A DNA stretch of 20,000 bases from an uncultured virus (IMG/VR IMGVR_UViG_3300033406_000383). Lineage: Duplodnaviria > Heunggongvirae > Uroviricota > Caudoviricetes. Every line of letters starts with the position of its first letter. Within the stretch, counting starts at the first letter, position 1. Shown in pieces: positions 8,268-15,272 of this stretch. The translations under genes and the position numbers were made by a program. The stretch lies in IMG/VR virus record IMGVR_UViG_3300033406_000383. One strand, written 5' to 3'. The notes under the pieces are model-generated. The model was not told the DNA's origin, did not search any database, and worked only from the letters and a program-made list of their open reading frames with translations.

Positions 8268-9206
8268 TTAATAATCCGCAGTTAATTTATCGTGCCTCAC
8301 CGACTTAAACCGAGCTTCCCTCAGTGAACCTTTGGAACTATCGCGCATAGCCTTGACTTCAACGATTTTCCCTATGATAGACTTTGGATCACTCCACCAT
8401 GCATTTCTCTGAGCATCCGTCATTCCTGAGACTGGCAGGGTTTTACCGTCCATCCATCGGACAATTAGTTTACCAAGGGTGTTACTGTATTTACCTTTGC
8501 CAACTTCTACGCCGACTACTTGGAGATCATAGGTCACACTTTGCTTGAGCTTGATAATATCCTCAGATCTCTTTGTGCCAACCACTGGACACCCAAGTCC
8601 ACCTGCGTATAGCCCATGTGGATTCCGTAGTACACCGCCTTCTCTGCCTTGCTTCCAGACATCCTTCGTAAGTTCCATTGCTATTTCCATGGAATCAACG
8701 CGATACTGTTGTACTACGCTGCAATGGACTCGCTCAGGAAATCCATCGAACAACTCTGTAAGTGCTAAGTATCTATCCTGATACTCCACTGTTCCACCAT
8801 TGATAAATTCATTGATTGTAATGAGGTCATGGCATCTAGCCTTGAGTTCTGGGTGCTGTTCTTTGGTGTCTCTGCAATGACCACTGATGACCGATTGTTC
8901 CATTCCTGGCTCATAGGCTTCAAAGATAACTAGGGTGTCATTATCCATTACATCAGCAAGCTCAGATTGTATATGTTCCATCGAAGTATAGACCTCGCCA
9001 GTCCTTGAGAATATATAGACAACTTCGCCTACACTGATGGACGATAGGCGTTCTCTGGTCTTCAGTGAGATACAGTAATTCCCATCGAGCTTCTCAGACC
9101 AAAGCATAGGAAACTTTAGCTTACTTGGTTTTGCTTTGGCAACTTCGAGGGCTAGTTGCACCAGTTTCTCCTTTGTACGACCACTTATTTCTACTAAGCT
9201 AATCAT
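8268..9206 (-). CDS. ATP-dependent DNA ligase
   Basis: SEKLDG (motif I), EGGVLR, IIKLK, GKIVEVK; start moved to ATG 9206 behind AAAGGAGG. Confidence 0.92.
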   Translation of the reverse strand: MISLVEISGRTKEKLVQLALEVAKAKPSKLKFPMLWSEKLDGNYCISLKTRERLSSISVGEVVYIFSRTGEVYTSMEHIQSELADVMDNDTLVIFEAYEPGMEQSVISGHCRDTKEQHPELKARCHDLITINEFINGGTVEYQDRYLALTELFDGFPERVHCSVVQQYRVDSMEIAMELTKDVWKQGREGGVLRNPHGLYAGGLGCPVVGTKRSEDIIKLKQSVTYDLQVVGVEVGKGKYSNTLGKLIVRWMDGKTLPVSGMTDAQRNAWWSDPKSIIGKIVEVKAMRDSSKGSLREARFKSVRHDKLTADY

Positions 9207-9528
9207 CGGAATCCTCCTTTGGTTTCTTATGGTTGCATTGATAGACATAGGAAATCGGCAGTCCCTCGATTAAAGCATAGAGTTCATCGATTTTACCAAG
9301 TATCTCATTGACCTCCTGTGGAACCTCACGTATCTCAAGGTTTACGAAGGCTCGTAGTAATGCCTGGTGACTATTGTAATATCCAATGACCTCCCAGTGA
9401 CCCTTCGACATTCCTTTGGATACTTTAACACCATCGACCTTCTTAAAGAGCTCCACTGGGCGCACAAGGTGCTCTAAGACGACATTGCGCTCATCGATCT
9501 TTATCTTGTAATCATCACTGAGGAACAT
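9199..9528 (-). CDS. Hypothetical protein
   Basis: 109-aa ORF packed between neighbours; WEVIGYY segment. Confidence 0.7.
   Translation of the reverse strand: MFLSDDYKIKIDERNVVLEHLVRPVELFKKVDGVKVSKGMSKGHWEVIGYYNSHQALLRAFVNLEIREVPQEVNEILGKIDELYALIEGLPISYVYQCNHKKPKEDSDD
9219..9250 (-). repeat. Junction motif copy 6 (most degenerate, inside coding sequence)
   Basis: CTATGT-CTATCAAT-GCAACCATAAGAAACCAA followed directly by the ligase RBS. Confidence 0.8.
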
Positions 9529-9667
9529 TGATATCCACCAGCCCTTCGTAATTACTTAGCTCTTCCCTAGCAGCCCTGAGTAGTTCAAGGTTATCCTCGG
9601 TTCTGTGGCAACTATGTAATTCCAGGAGTACCCTGAGTAGTTCCAATGCTAATCTCACATTAATCAT
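9515..9667 (-). CDS. Hypothetical 50-aa protein (not in ORF track)
   Basis: GAGGTGA RBS; MINVRLALELLRVLL...; fills the gap. Confidence 0.65.
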   Translation of the reverse strand: MINVRLALELLRVLLELHSCHRTEDNLELLRAAREELSNYEGLVDINVPQ

Positions 9668-9986
9668 AGATCACCTCATATAAATACCTCTGTCTAGTCT
9701 TTGAGAACCTAGATATACCACCGTCATCATCGGACACCTCGTAGTTGCCATTGTCATCACTTAGGACTTCATAGCGTTTACCTTTGACGAACACCACTGT
9801 GTCCTCAGCATCCATCATGTTCTGGCGAAATACCAAGTGAGTTACCTTGGGTTTCCCTAGCTTCTCACCGCAGAATGGACAATAGTGAATATCAATGGCA
9901 TCACGCTCAGTAAACAATGTCCAGCAATTGAATTCCCAGGCTACCTCGGTGTTCTTGGGCTTGGCCTTGCATTTGTGAAGTTTCAT
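9660..9986 (-). CDS. Hypothetical Zn-ribbon protein
   Basis: HYCPFCGEKL; start at ATG 9986 by ATGA overlap. Confidence 0.7.
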   Translation of the reverse strand: MKLHKCKAKPKNTEVAWEFNCWTLFTERDAIDIHYCPFCGEKLGKPKVTHLVFRQNMMDAEDTVVFVKGKRYEVLSDDNGNYEVSDDDGGISRFSKTRQRYLYEVIYD

Positions 9987-10087
9987 AAGCGATACCATCG
10001 ATTACATCGATGACACCAGTATGATCCATAGAATCCTACGGGATTGAAGTTATGTCCGAAGAATTTGCATAGTAATTTACTTAGCAT
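9983..10087 (-). CDS. 34-aa prophage protein resembling DUF1660 (not in ORF track)
   Basis: MLSKLLCKFFGHNF...CHRC; GGAGGTCA RBS. Confidence 0.7.
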   Translation of the reverse strand: MLSKLLCKFFGHNFNPVGFYGSYWCHRCNRWYRL

Positions 10088-10317
10088 TGCTCTGTGACCT
10101 CCCTTACCTCTACTTCATTGATATCCACCCAGTATAATTTCATAGAGTCATTGATGATTATAAAGTACCCTATGCCTACTCCGTATGATTCAAAGCCAAC
10201 CACTGAATACCAAGTGTCTGAGGTTATAGCATCGTGCTTATGGAGTACTTTGATTTCTAAGTACCTTAGTATTTTCGTGGGTTCTTTGTGATTCTGAAGA
10301 TCTGAAATGATTTTCAT
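10081..10317 (-). CDS. Hypothetical protein
   Basis: 78 aa, TAAGGAGGT RBS. Confidence 0.7.
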   Translation of the reverse strand: MKIISDLQNHKEPTKILRYLEIKVLHKHDAITSDTWYSVVGFESYGVGIGYFIIINDSMKLYWVDINEVEVREVTEQC

Positions 10318-10330
10318 AGTACCTCCTTAG

Positions 10331-10660
10331 TTAATCTGGTTTCCCTCCGCAATGCTTGCATAGCTTCAACTTCACTGAACATTCAAGGCATAGATCATCA
10401 GTACAAGTGTTTCCGAAGTGTAAATCCTTGTCACAACCACGGCAATTCGTAGTAGTCATTGCTGCGCCACCAATCCTCGCAGTATCAAAGTAATAGCAAT
10501 ATCTACATAGACCATTGGCTTTCCTTTGTTTCTTCTCTGGATCACTGTAATATGCTATGAGCCTAGCACTGGTTGATTCTATGTGTCCCTTGTGTCTAGC
10601 ATTGGCATTCAAGATGTCTCCTGGCTCCAGTGGTCTTCTTTTGAAATTCATCGTCATCAC
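10331..10660 (-). CDS. Cys-rich hypothetical protein
   Basis: Four CxxC pairs (CRYC, CRGC, CLEC, CKHC). Confidence 0.7.
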   Translation of the reverse strand: MMTMNFKRRPLEPGDILNANARHKGHIESTSARLIAYYSDPEKKQRKANGLCRYCYYFDTARIGGAAMTTTNCRGCDKDLHFGNTCTDDLCLECSVKLKLCKHCGGKPD

Positions 10661-11007
10661 AGTCCTTTCAAGCAGTCTAAGAGACTTGGGTATTGCTCAA
10701 TGGTTCCCTCTGGCTTATTTGCGGACATCCTAAGCTGCATCTGCCACGCCTGTGACTTACCATAGATATCGTAGAGACTAACCACGGTTGGCTCTTGGAG
10801 ACTATACAGGTAGTCATAGAATACTTGGTAATTCACAGGATCAACATGCTTCGCAAAGTAATTCCTAAGCTTAAACAGTCCTGACTTAGTGAAACCTTGT
10901 GGATCACAGCGATTCATATATGTCATAGCTAATGTATGGACTTTCTTATGGATAGGGAGCTCATGGTATTCCTGTGGTGTCAGTGGTGGTTTCTTAGGTT
11001 TAGCCAT
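10657..11007 (-). CDS. Hypothetical protein
   Basis: Start at ATG 11007 (MAKPKKP) behind GGTGA. Confidence 0.7.
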   Translation of the reverse strand: MAKPKKPPLTPQEYHELPIHKKVHTLAMTYMNRCDPQGFTKSGLFKLRNYFAKHVDPVNYQVFYDYLYSLQEPTVVSLYDIYGKSQAWQMQLRMSANKPEGTIEQYPSLLDCLKGL

Positions 11008-11179
11008 TGATATCACCGAGCTTTACACCACAGAAAGGACAGAAGTTTACATTGTATCTTTTATCGATATAACATTCGCAATCCCAGTCATACTCGGGGA
11101 TAATAAGATGCCAGTATCCATTCGCAGAATTATCTATTCTAAATTCTTCGGCAAGACCATCGCACTCATGTTCTAACAT
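11000..11179 (-). CDS. 59-aa Zn-ribbon protein (not in ORF track)
   Basis: GGAGGTG RBS; MLEHEC...VNFCPFCGVKL. Confidence 0.75.
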   Translation of the reverse strand: MLEHECDGLAEEFRIDNSANGYWHLIIPEYDWDCECYIDKRYNVNFCPFCGVKLGDING

Positions 11180-11295
11180 CGGTACACCTCCGCTTTCCTA
11201 AGTAATTCTTTGTAATCTCTGCGACATCCGAAGCTGCAGAAGTTACCTTTGACTACGAAGATTCCTAGGTTGCCTTTGCAGTGCTTGCATTTCAT
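11173..11295 (-). CDS. 40-aa FCS/TRASH-like Zn-finger protein (not in ORF track)
   Basis: MKCKHC...NFCSFGC; GAGGT RBS; ATGA overlap. Confidence 0.7.
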   Translation of the reverse strand: MKCKHCKGNLGIFVVKGNFCSFGCRRDYKELLRKAEVYRC

Positions 11296-11642
11296 AGGGT
11301 TACCTCAATTGAATCCATGATATTTCTATACACATCCGATGAACTCCCTAGATTATAACTATGGAAACTCCCACGTTCCTTCTGTGAATACAGTTGTTTA
11401 GTTGCATCAATGATGTCAGGGACACTCCCTAGTCCATGCCAGAGTATCTTCACTGGAATCAGCAATGTCTCCAATAATATTCCAAGGTTATTCGTGAAGA
11501 CATCAATGCGTATTTCATTGGCACTATGGTAGCATTCGTATCGTTGATACCACTTGGCATTTGTGAAGTACTTAGACTTCAAGGCATGACTCAGATTAAA
11601 CCGTTGATATCCTCTGGACTCAAGTGATTCATAAATGTACAT
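11292..11642 (-). CDS. Hypothetical protein
   Basis: 116 aa, TAAGGAGGT RBS. Confidence 0.7.
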   Translation of the reverse strand: MYIYESLESRGYQRFNLSHALKSKYFTNAKWYQRYECYHSANEIRIDVFTNNLGILLETLLIPVKILWHGLGSVPDIIDATKQLYSQKERGSFHSYNLGSSSDVYRNIMDSIEVTL

Positions 11643-11652
11643 ATGTACCTCC

Positions 11653-11684
11653 TTAGTTTTCTTTGGTTGCTTTGGTGGGCATAG
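11653..11684 (-). repeat. Junction motif copy 7
   Basis: CTATGC-CCACCAAA-GCAACCAAAGAAAACTAA followed by GGAGG. Confidence 0.85.
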
Positions 11685-12111
11685 GTAGTCCTAAGATTGC
11701 CATTGTGTTCTGTGTTAGGTTTCACAGGTGTTCAATGAGGTGCTTAGGTGGGTTATGAAGGTTAAAGTTGTCCCGACAACTCATTCATTCCGAAGCGTAG
11801 CGAGGTATGAATGGACTGTGAAGTTTGCTTAGGATACCTAATTACATATCATAATTGGTATGTAGCGTTCTTAACTATTCGTAATCAGTCCTTTACCGAT
11901 ATACGGATTCGGTGCGCTTGCGTTCCTCGTTCTTACCTTGGATATTCATTGTACAACTATAGCATCTCTTGTGACATGTATAGTTTACTAGAAAGAAGAT
12001 AAAGGGCAACAATGTAGCAATTCCGCACCTTCACGGGCATTTATAGGTATTCTGTAGGCAACCTTCAAGGTTATCTATGGACTACCTATGAGCATACTTA
12101 GTTTACCATAA
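11680..12111. other. Hairpin-rich non-coding segment; candidate replication origin or structured RNA
   Basis: Longest gene-free stretch of the arm; 12-bp terminal inverted repeats and at least six internal stems; directly downstream of the RepL-like gene. Confidence 0.5.
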
Positions 12112-12549
12112 CTACATACCGTACCACTCAGGATTAACTTTGTAGAACACCGACTTCCCTCTGTGAACCTTAGAAATCACTTGCTTATCAATGAGGCCAT
12201 TCATGACTTCTATGATATGAGCTTTGTTCCAGCCTATGAGTTCTATGATTTCCTTCTGACTCATAGGAATCCCATCCTCATCTGTGATCACATTGGACTC
12301 AAGGTTGCAGAAGGGAATCAAGTCGAACAACATTTGCTTCTCTGATGAACTAAACATATTACCACGCACCGCCTTTTGATTTATCATTTTATGAACCTTT
12401 GTGAATCCAGTGGACGGCTTGAGCTTCTTTGTATCCCTGGCTTTCTTCGCCTTGGCATACTCTCGCTTTAACTGGGTATCCTCATCTTTACCCATGAGGT
12501 AACTGACGCATCGTGCAATATGGTCATCAGGGCTATCAAATTCTTCCAA
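12112..12549 (-). CDS. Winged-helix protein resembling Firmicute RepL replication proteins
   Basis: FTKV, SSSEKQMLFDL, SQKEIIELIGW...NGLIDKQVI, FYKVNPEW; TTG start behind GGAGGTGA. Confidence 0.6.
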   Translation of the reverse strand: MEEFDSPDDHIARCVSYLMGKDEDTQLKREYAKAKKARDTKKLKPSTGFTKVHKMINQKAVRGNMFSSSEKQMLFDLIPFCNLESNVITDEDGIPMSQKEIIELIGWNKAHIIEVMNGLIDKQVISKVHRGKSVFYKVNPEWYGM

Positions 12550-12559
12550 TGAATCACCT

Positions 12560-12591
12560 CCAGTTTCCTTTGGTATCCCAAGAGCACATAG
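12560..12591 (-). repeat. Junction motif copy 8
   Basis: TAA-CTATGT-GCTCTTGG-GATACCAAAGGAAACTGG merging into the RBS. Confidence 0.9.
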
Positions 12592-12978
12592 TTAACCCTT
12601 GCAGCACTTAAGCTCCCTACTGCTCTTCGCGCGATACTTCCGATTCCTAAGAATTCCCACAGTATTATTCATATCCTTCACAGTCTCTACCAGGGAATAC
12701 TTTAGCTTATCATTATTGCTCTGGAAAGCCTTGAAGGACTCAAGCATCATGAGTTCATCCTTGATTGCACGACGTTCCCTAAGTAACCTGCGTTGTTCTA
12801 ATACTAGCCTTGTTAATTCCGATGCTGACAGTGGTGACAATTCCAACTCATGGTTTAAATCCGAGAGCTCTTGTTCTATGGCATACTTCTGTTGGCATAG
12901 GTCACTCATGATGTTTCCGATATTTTTCAAAGCATACAACATGCGCTCAGTGGCGTATTGGATCTCCTTAGCATTCAT
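12592..12978 (-). CDS. Coiled-coil hypothetical phage protein
   Basis: 128 aa; DLNHELEL...RERRAIKD; GGAGG RBS. Confidence 0.75.
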   Translation of the reverse strand: MNAKEIQYATERMLYALKNIGNIMSDLCQQKYAIEQELSDLNHELELSPLSASELTRLVLEQRRLLRERRAIKDELMMLESFKAFQSNNDKLKYSLVETVKDMNNTVGILRNRKYRAKSSRELKCCKG

Positions 12979-13078
12979 TGTAATTCCTCCAGTTTCCTAT
13001 TTAACCACCCTAGTAGCCCATTGGAGCCACTTTGGGTTCCTCCGCATACAAACGTATTACCTATGTTAATTAAGTGCC

Positions 13079-13219
13079 CTATGGCTTCACTTTCCACACC
13101 ATTAAATCAGCAGGTTCATCTAGTTCACTGTATTTCTGGGAATCCCCAGGCATATCACATGGATCAACCCAGTCAGGCAGTGGTATGCGATGTCCTCTGC
13201 GTATTATAAAGTCATTCAT
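13079..13219 (-). CDS. Hypothetical 46-aa protein (not in ORF track)
   Basis: GGAGGA RBS; MNDFIIRRGHRIPLPDWVD... Confidence 0.6.
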   Translation of the reverse strand: MNDFIIRRGHRIPLPDWVDPCDMPGDSQKYSELDEPADLMVWKVKP

Positions 13220-13247
13220 TATATCCTCCGTTTCCCTTAGTATGGGT

Positions 13248-13277
13248 GGGACGACCTAGGATTCCCTAAATCATCCC
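13248..13277 (-). other. 13-bp RNA hairpin specific to the minus strand
   Basis: GGGAUGAUUUAGG-GAAU-CCUAGGUCGUCCC, three G-U pairs, no U tract. Confidence 0.65.
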
Positions 13278-13282
13278 GTAGT

Positions 13283-13314
13283 TCAGTTTCCTTTGGTTTC
13301 CTAGGTGAGCATAG
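13283..13314 (-). repeat. Junction motif copy 9
   Basis: CTATGC-TCACCTAG-GAAACCAAAGGAAACTGA. Confidence 0.9.
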
Positions 13315-13325
13315 TTAAGCCAGGG

Positions 13326-13898
13326 TTAGAATGGGATCTCTTCGCTAGGTATAGTATTGTCTGGCACGAATTCCTCGAATACGAAGTCAGCGGTCGCTCC
13401 CCCAGTGTACTCAATGAGGTTGTACACTACGATCTGGTTGAGATACAATGCTACACCATTGCCATCCTCAGACTCATAGTAAACGCTAGGAGTGAAGCTA
13501 ACCTTGATATCGCTGCCGTTACCGATGGATTTCTGTGATATTACTTCGCCATACTTAGTAAATACTGGGACTGTCTTCTGATTTTCATCTTTGTCGAATG
13601 CATATGTCCAGAATTGAAACTGAGTTACCCCTGTTTCCTTGTTAGTCTTCCAGCCAAGGCGAGGTCTGGCTCTCCATTCCTTACCTTTGTATTGTGGAGA
13701 TTTCTGGGCATCCTCGTATAACTTGGTAATATCAGCTTTTAACTTAGCTTCTTCCTTGGGATCAGTGATAATAACGTTGATCATGTACTTACGTTTACCT
13801 TTGAATTCATCGATTACAGTGTTTACTTTTGAATACATCGCTTTCCCCATAGGAGTCACCATTTTTACATAGTTCTTTTCGTTTGCCATTGTTAACAT
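13326..13898 (-). CDS. Single-stranded DNA-binding protein, T7 gp2.5-like
   Basis: TPMGKAMYSKV, IGNGSDIKV, GVALYLNQIVV, acidic tail ending EEIPF; start is 13898 or 13889. Confidence 0.8.
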   Translation of the reverse strand: MLTMANEKNYVKMVTPMGKAMYSKVNTVIDEFKGKRKYMINVIITDPKEEAKLKADITKLYEDAQKSPQYKGKEWRARPRLGWKTNKETGVTQFQFWTYAFDKDENQKTVPVFTKYGEVISQKSIGNGSDIKVSFTPSVYYESEDGNGVALYLNQIVVYNLIEYTGGATADFVFEEFVPDNTIPSEEIPF

Positions 13899-13917
13899 CC
13901 ATCCTCTTTGTTTATTT

Positions 13918-13949
13918 TTAGTTTCCTTTGGTTTCCTGAGTAGACATGG
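13918..13949 (-). repeat. Junction motif copy 10
   Basis: TAA-CCATGT-CTACTCAG-GAAACCAAAGGAAACTAA. Confidence 0.9.
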
Positions 13950-14057
13950 TTAAGCCTTGATTTTCATTAGATTTGCAAGGGCATCTTGTGCCATAACATT
14001 CCACTGTGCGATCCATGATTTCTTAAGACATTTATTGCATAATCTCGGTAATTTCAT
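13950..14057 (-). CDS. 35-aa mini-protein between two motif copies (not in ORF track)
   Basis: TAAGGAGGTGA RBS; MKLPRLCNKCLKKSWIAQWNVMAQDALANLMKIKA. Confidence 0.7.
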   Translation of the reverse strand: MKLPRLCNKCLKKSWIAQWNVMAQDALANLMKIKA

Positions 14058-14074
14058 TGTATCACCTCCTTAGC

Positions 14075-14106
14075 TTAGTTTCCTTTGGTTACCTCATTGG
14101 GCATAG
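14075..14106 (-). repeat. Junction motif copy 11
   Basis: CTATGC-CCAATGAG-GTAACCAAAGGAAACTAA; overlaps the last codons of the GIY-YIG gene. Confidence 0.9.
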
Positions 14107-15029
14107 CAAAGCTGACCTGTGTTTTCAGTGTAATCCTCTGGGAAGTTTAGGATATCTGTGCGACCATAGTGTGCAAATGATGCTGCATCGTAGGCCTTGG
14201 CTGCTAGGATTGGGTCGGTGAATACACCTATATGTTTTCTTTTACCACAGATAGTTATTGCCACTAACCATTTATTACAACCGATATTCCAAGATACTCC
14301 AATATAACCTGATGTATTTTGTCCAGATTTATTTCTCCTAGACACTACTGTTTTATACTGTTTGTCATTAGGGAAATTAAGAATACATGGGAAACCTAAG
14401 TTAGTATAAGCAAATCTGTCATAAGCCTTAGCTGCCTCTATAGTATCACTAAAGTAACCAATATGATTTATTTTGCCATTGACAGTGCATCTTGATTGCC
14501 ATTTGTCCTTCTGTTGACACCAGTGGACTCCAGAGAATCCAGATGTATTATTGCTTTGTTTTCTTCCTGTATTATTAATTGACATTTTAATCCTTGTTGA
14601 CATTGGAAGTTTTTTGCCAATATGAATCATTGACATTTTAAGTTTTGATTCGTTAGTGTGCTTTAACCCAGTGTGGAACTTTGACATTCTTTTTTTTGTT
14701 TCTTCTGAATGCTTCGAGCTATTTCCCCCAAACCTCAAGTTAAACCCATATTCCCTACTAAGGGTTCTAAATGTATATATCCAGAATATTTCAGCTTCGT
14801 TACATTGTTCAACTGTATTACAAGCCTCAAGAATTTGAAATGCAAAACCATGCTCACTATATTTGTTCCATGACCTCTGTAAATGTATATTCCTATGTTC
14901 GTTACCGTTGAGAGTCCTCTTGTGTTCTCTCCACCTCTTTCTAAAGCTCACCATAGTCTGTCCTACATACCGCTTCCCATTGGCAACACAGGTTATACAA
15001 TAGATGCCACAGCTATCCAAGTCTTCCAT
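14094..15029 (-). CDS. GIY-YIG homing endonuclease with NUMOD3 repeats and two AP2 domains
   Basis: GIYCI...RYVGQT, RKRW, EAEIFWI, YGFN; HSEETKKRMS and HTNESKLKMS; NTSGFSGVHW and NTSGYIGVSW; start 15029 by TAATG overlap. Confidence 0.88.
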   Translation of the reverse strand: MEDLDSCGIYCITCVANGKRYVGQTMVSFRKRWREHKRTLNGNEHRNIHLQRSWNKYSEHGFAFQILEACNTVEQCNEAEIFWIYTFRTLSREYGFNLRFGGNSSKHSEETKKRMSKFHTGLKHTNESKLKMSMIHIGKKLPMSTRIKMSINNTGRKQSNNTSGFSGVHWCQQKDKWQSRCTVNGKINHIGYFSDTIEAAKAYDRFAYTNLGFPCILNFPNDKQYKTVVSRRNKSGQNTSGYIGVSWNIGCNKWLVAITICGKRKHIGVFTDPILAAKAYDAASFAHYGRTDILNFPEDYTENTGQLCYAQ

Positions 15030-15229
15030 TATTCCGTCCTCAGTCTTCCCAGCAACTCCTCTGACTCCTCTGCTTCCCATTGTGCCTTTACCTCAGCTTC
15101 CTCGTCGGACATAGGAAGCCACCAAACACTGTCGGTATAACCACACTCGCAACGGCATTCTCTGAGACTCAATGTCATCTCAGTTTCTTTACCACAATTT
15201 GGACAATAGATTTCTCTAGTTATTTTCAT
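15029..15229 (-). CDS. 66-aa Zn-ribbon protein
   Basis: Start moved to ATG 15229 behind AAAGGAGG; YCPNCG...CRCECG. Confidence 0.75.
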   Translation of the reverse strand: MKITREIYCPNCGKETEMTLSLRECRCECGYTDSVWWLPMSDEEAEVKAQWEAEESEELLGRLRTE

Positions 15230-15240
15230 TGTATCCTCCT

Positions 15241-15272
15241 TTAGTTTCCTTTGGTTTCCCATAAGGGCATAG
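15241..15272 (-). repeat. Junction motif copy 12
   Basis: TAA-CTATGC-CCTTATGG-GAAACCAAAGGAAACTAA-AGGAGG; the motif fills the intergenic gap from stop to RBS. Confidence 0.9.

Noticed and set aside
9574..9643. 13-bp direct repeat CCCTGAGTAGTTC (9574 and 9631)
   Set aside because: In-frame duplication encoding ELLR twice within a small gene; not seen elsewhere, so not an att or regulatory site
12979..13078. Possible pseudoknot (GGAG/CTCC, CCCA/TGGG) or 16-aa ORF in a 100-bp gap
   Set aside because: Stems are only 4 bp and the RBS is weak; not distinguishable from chance
88..15272. Motif as integron attC sites (TAAC at several stop codons, tyrosine recombinase nearby)
   Set aside because: No inverse GTTRRRY core and no long palindrome; the integrase looks like an arm-binding phage type rather than IntI
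7825..15272. Motif as a GNRA-tetraloop (boxB-like) RNA hairpin, since the core starts GAAA/GTAA/GCAA
   Set aside because: A stem (TGG-GNAA-CYA) forms in only a few copies; most cannot pair
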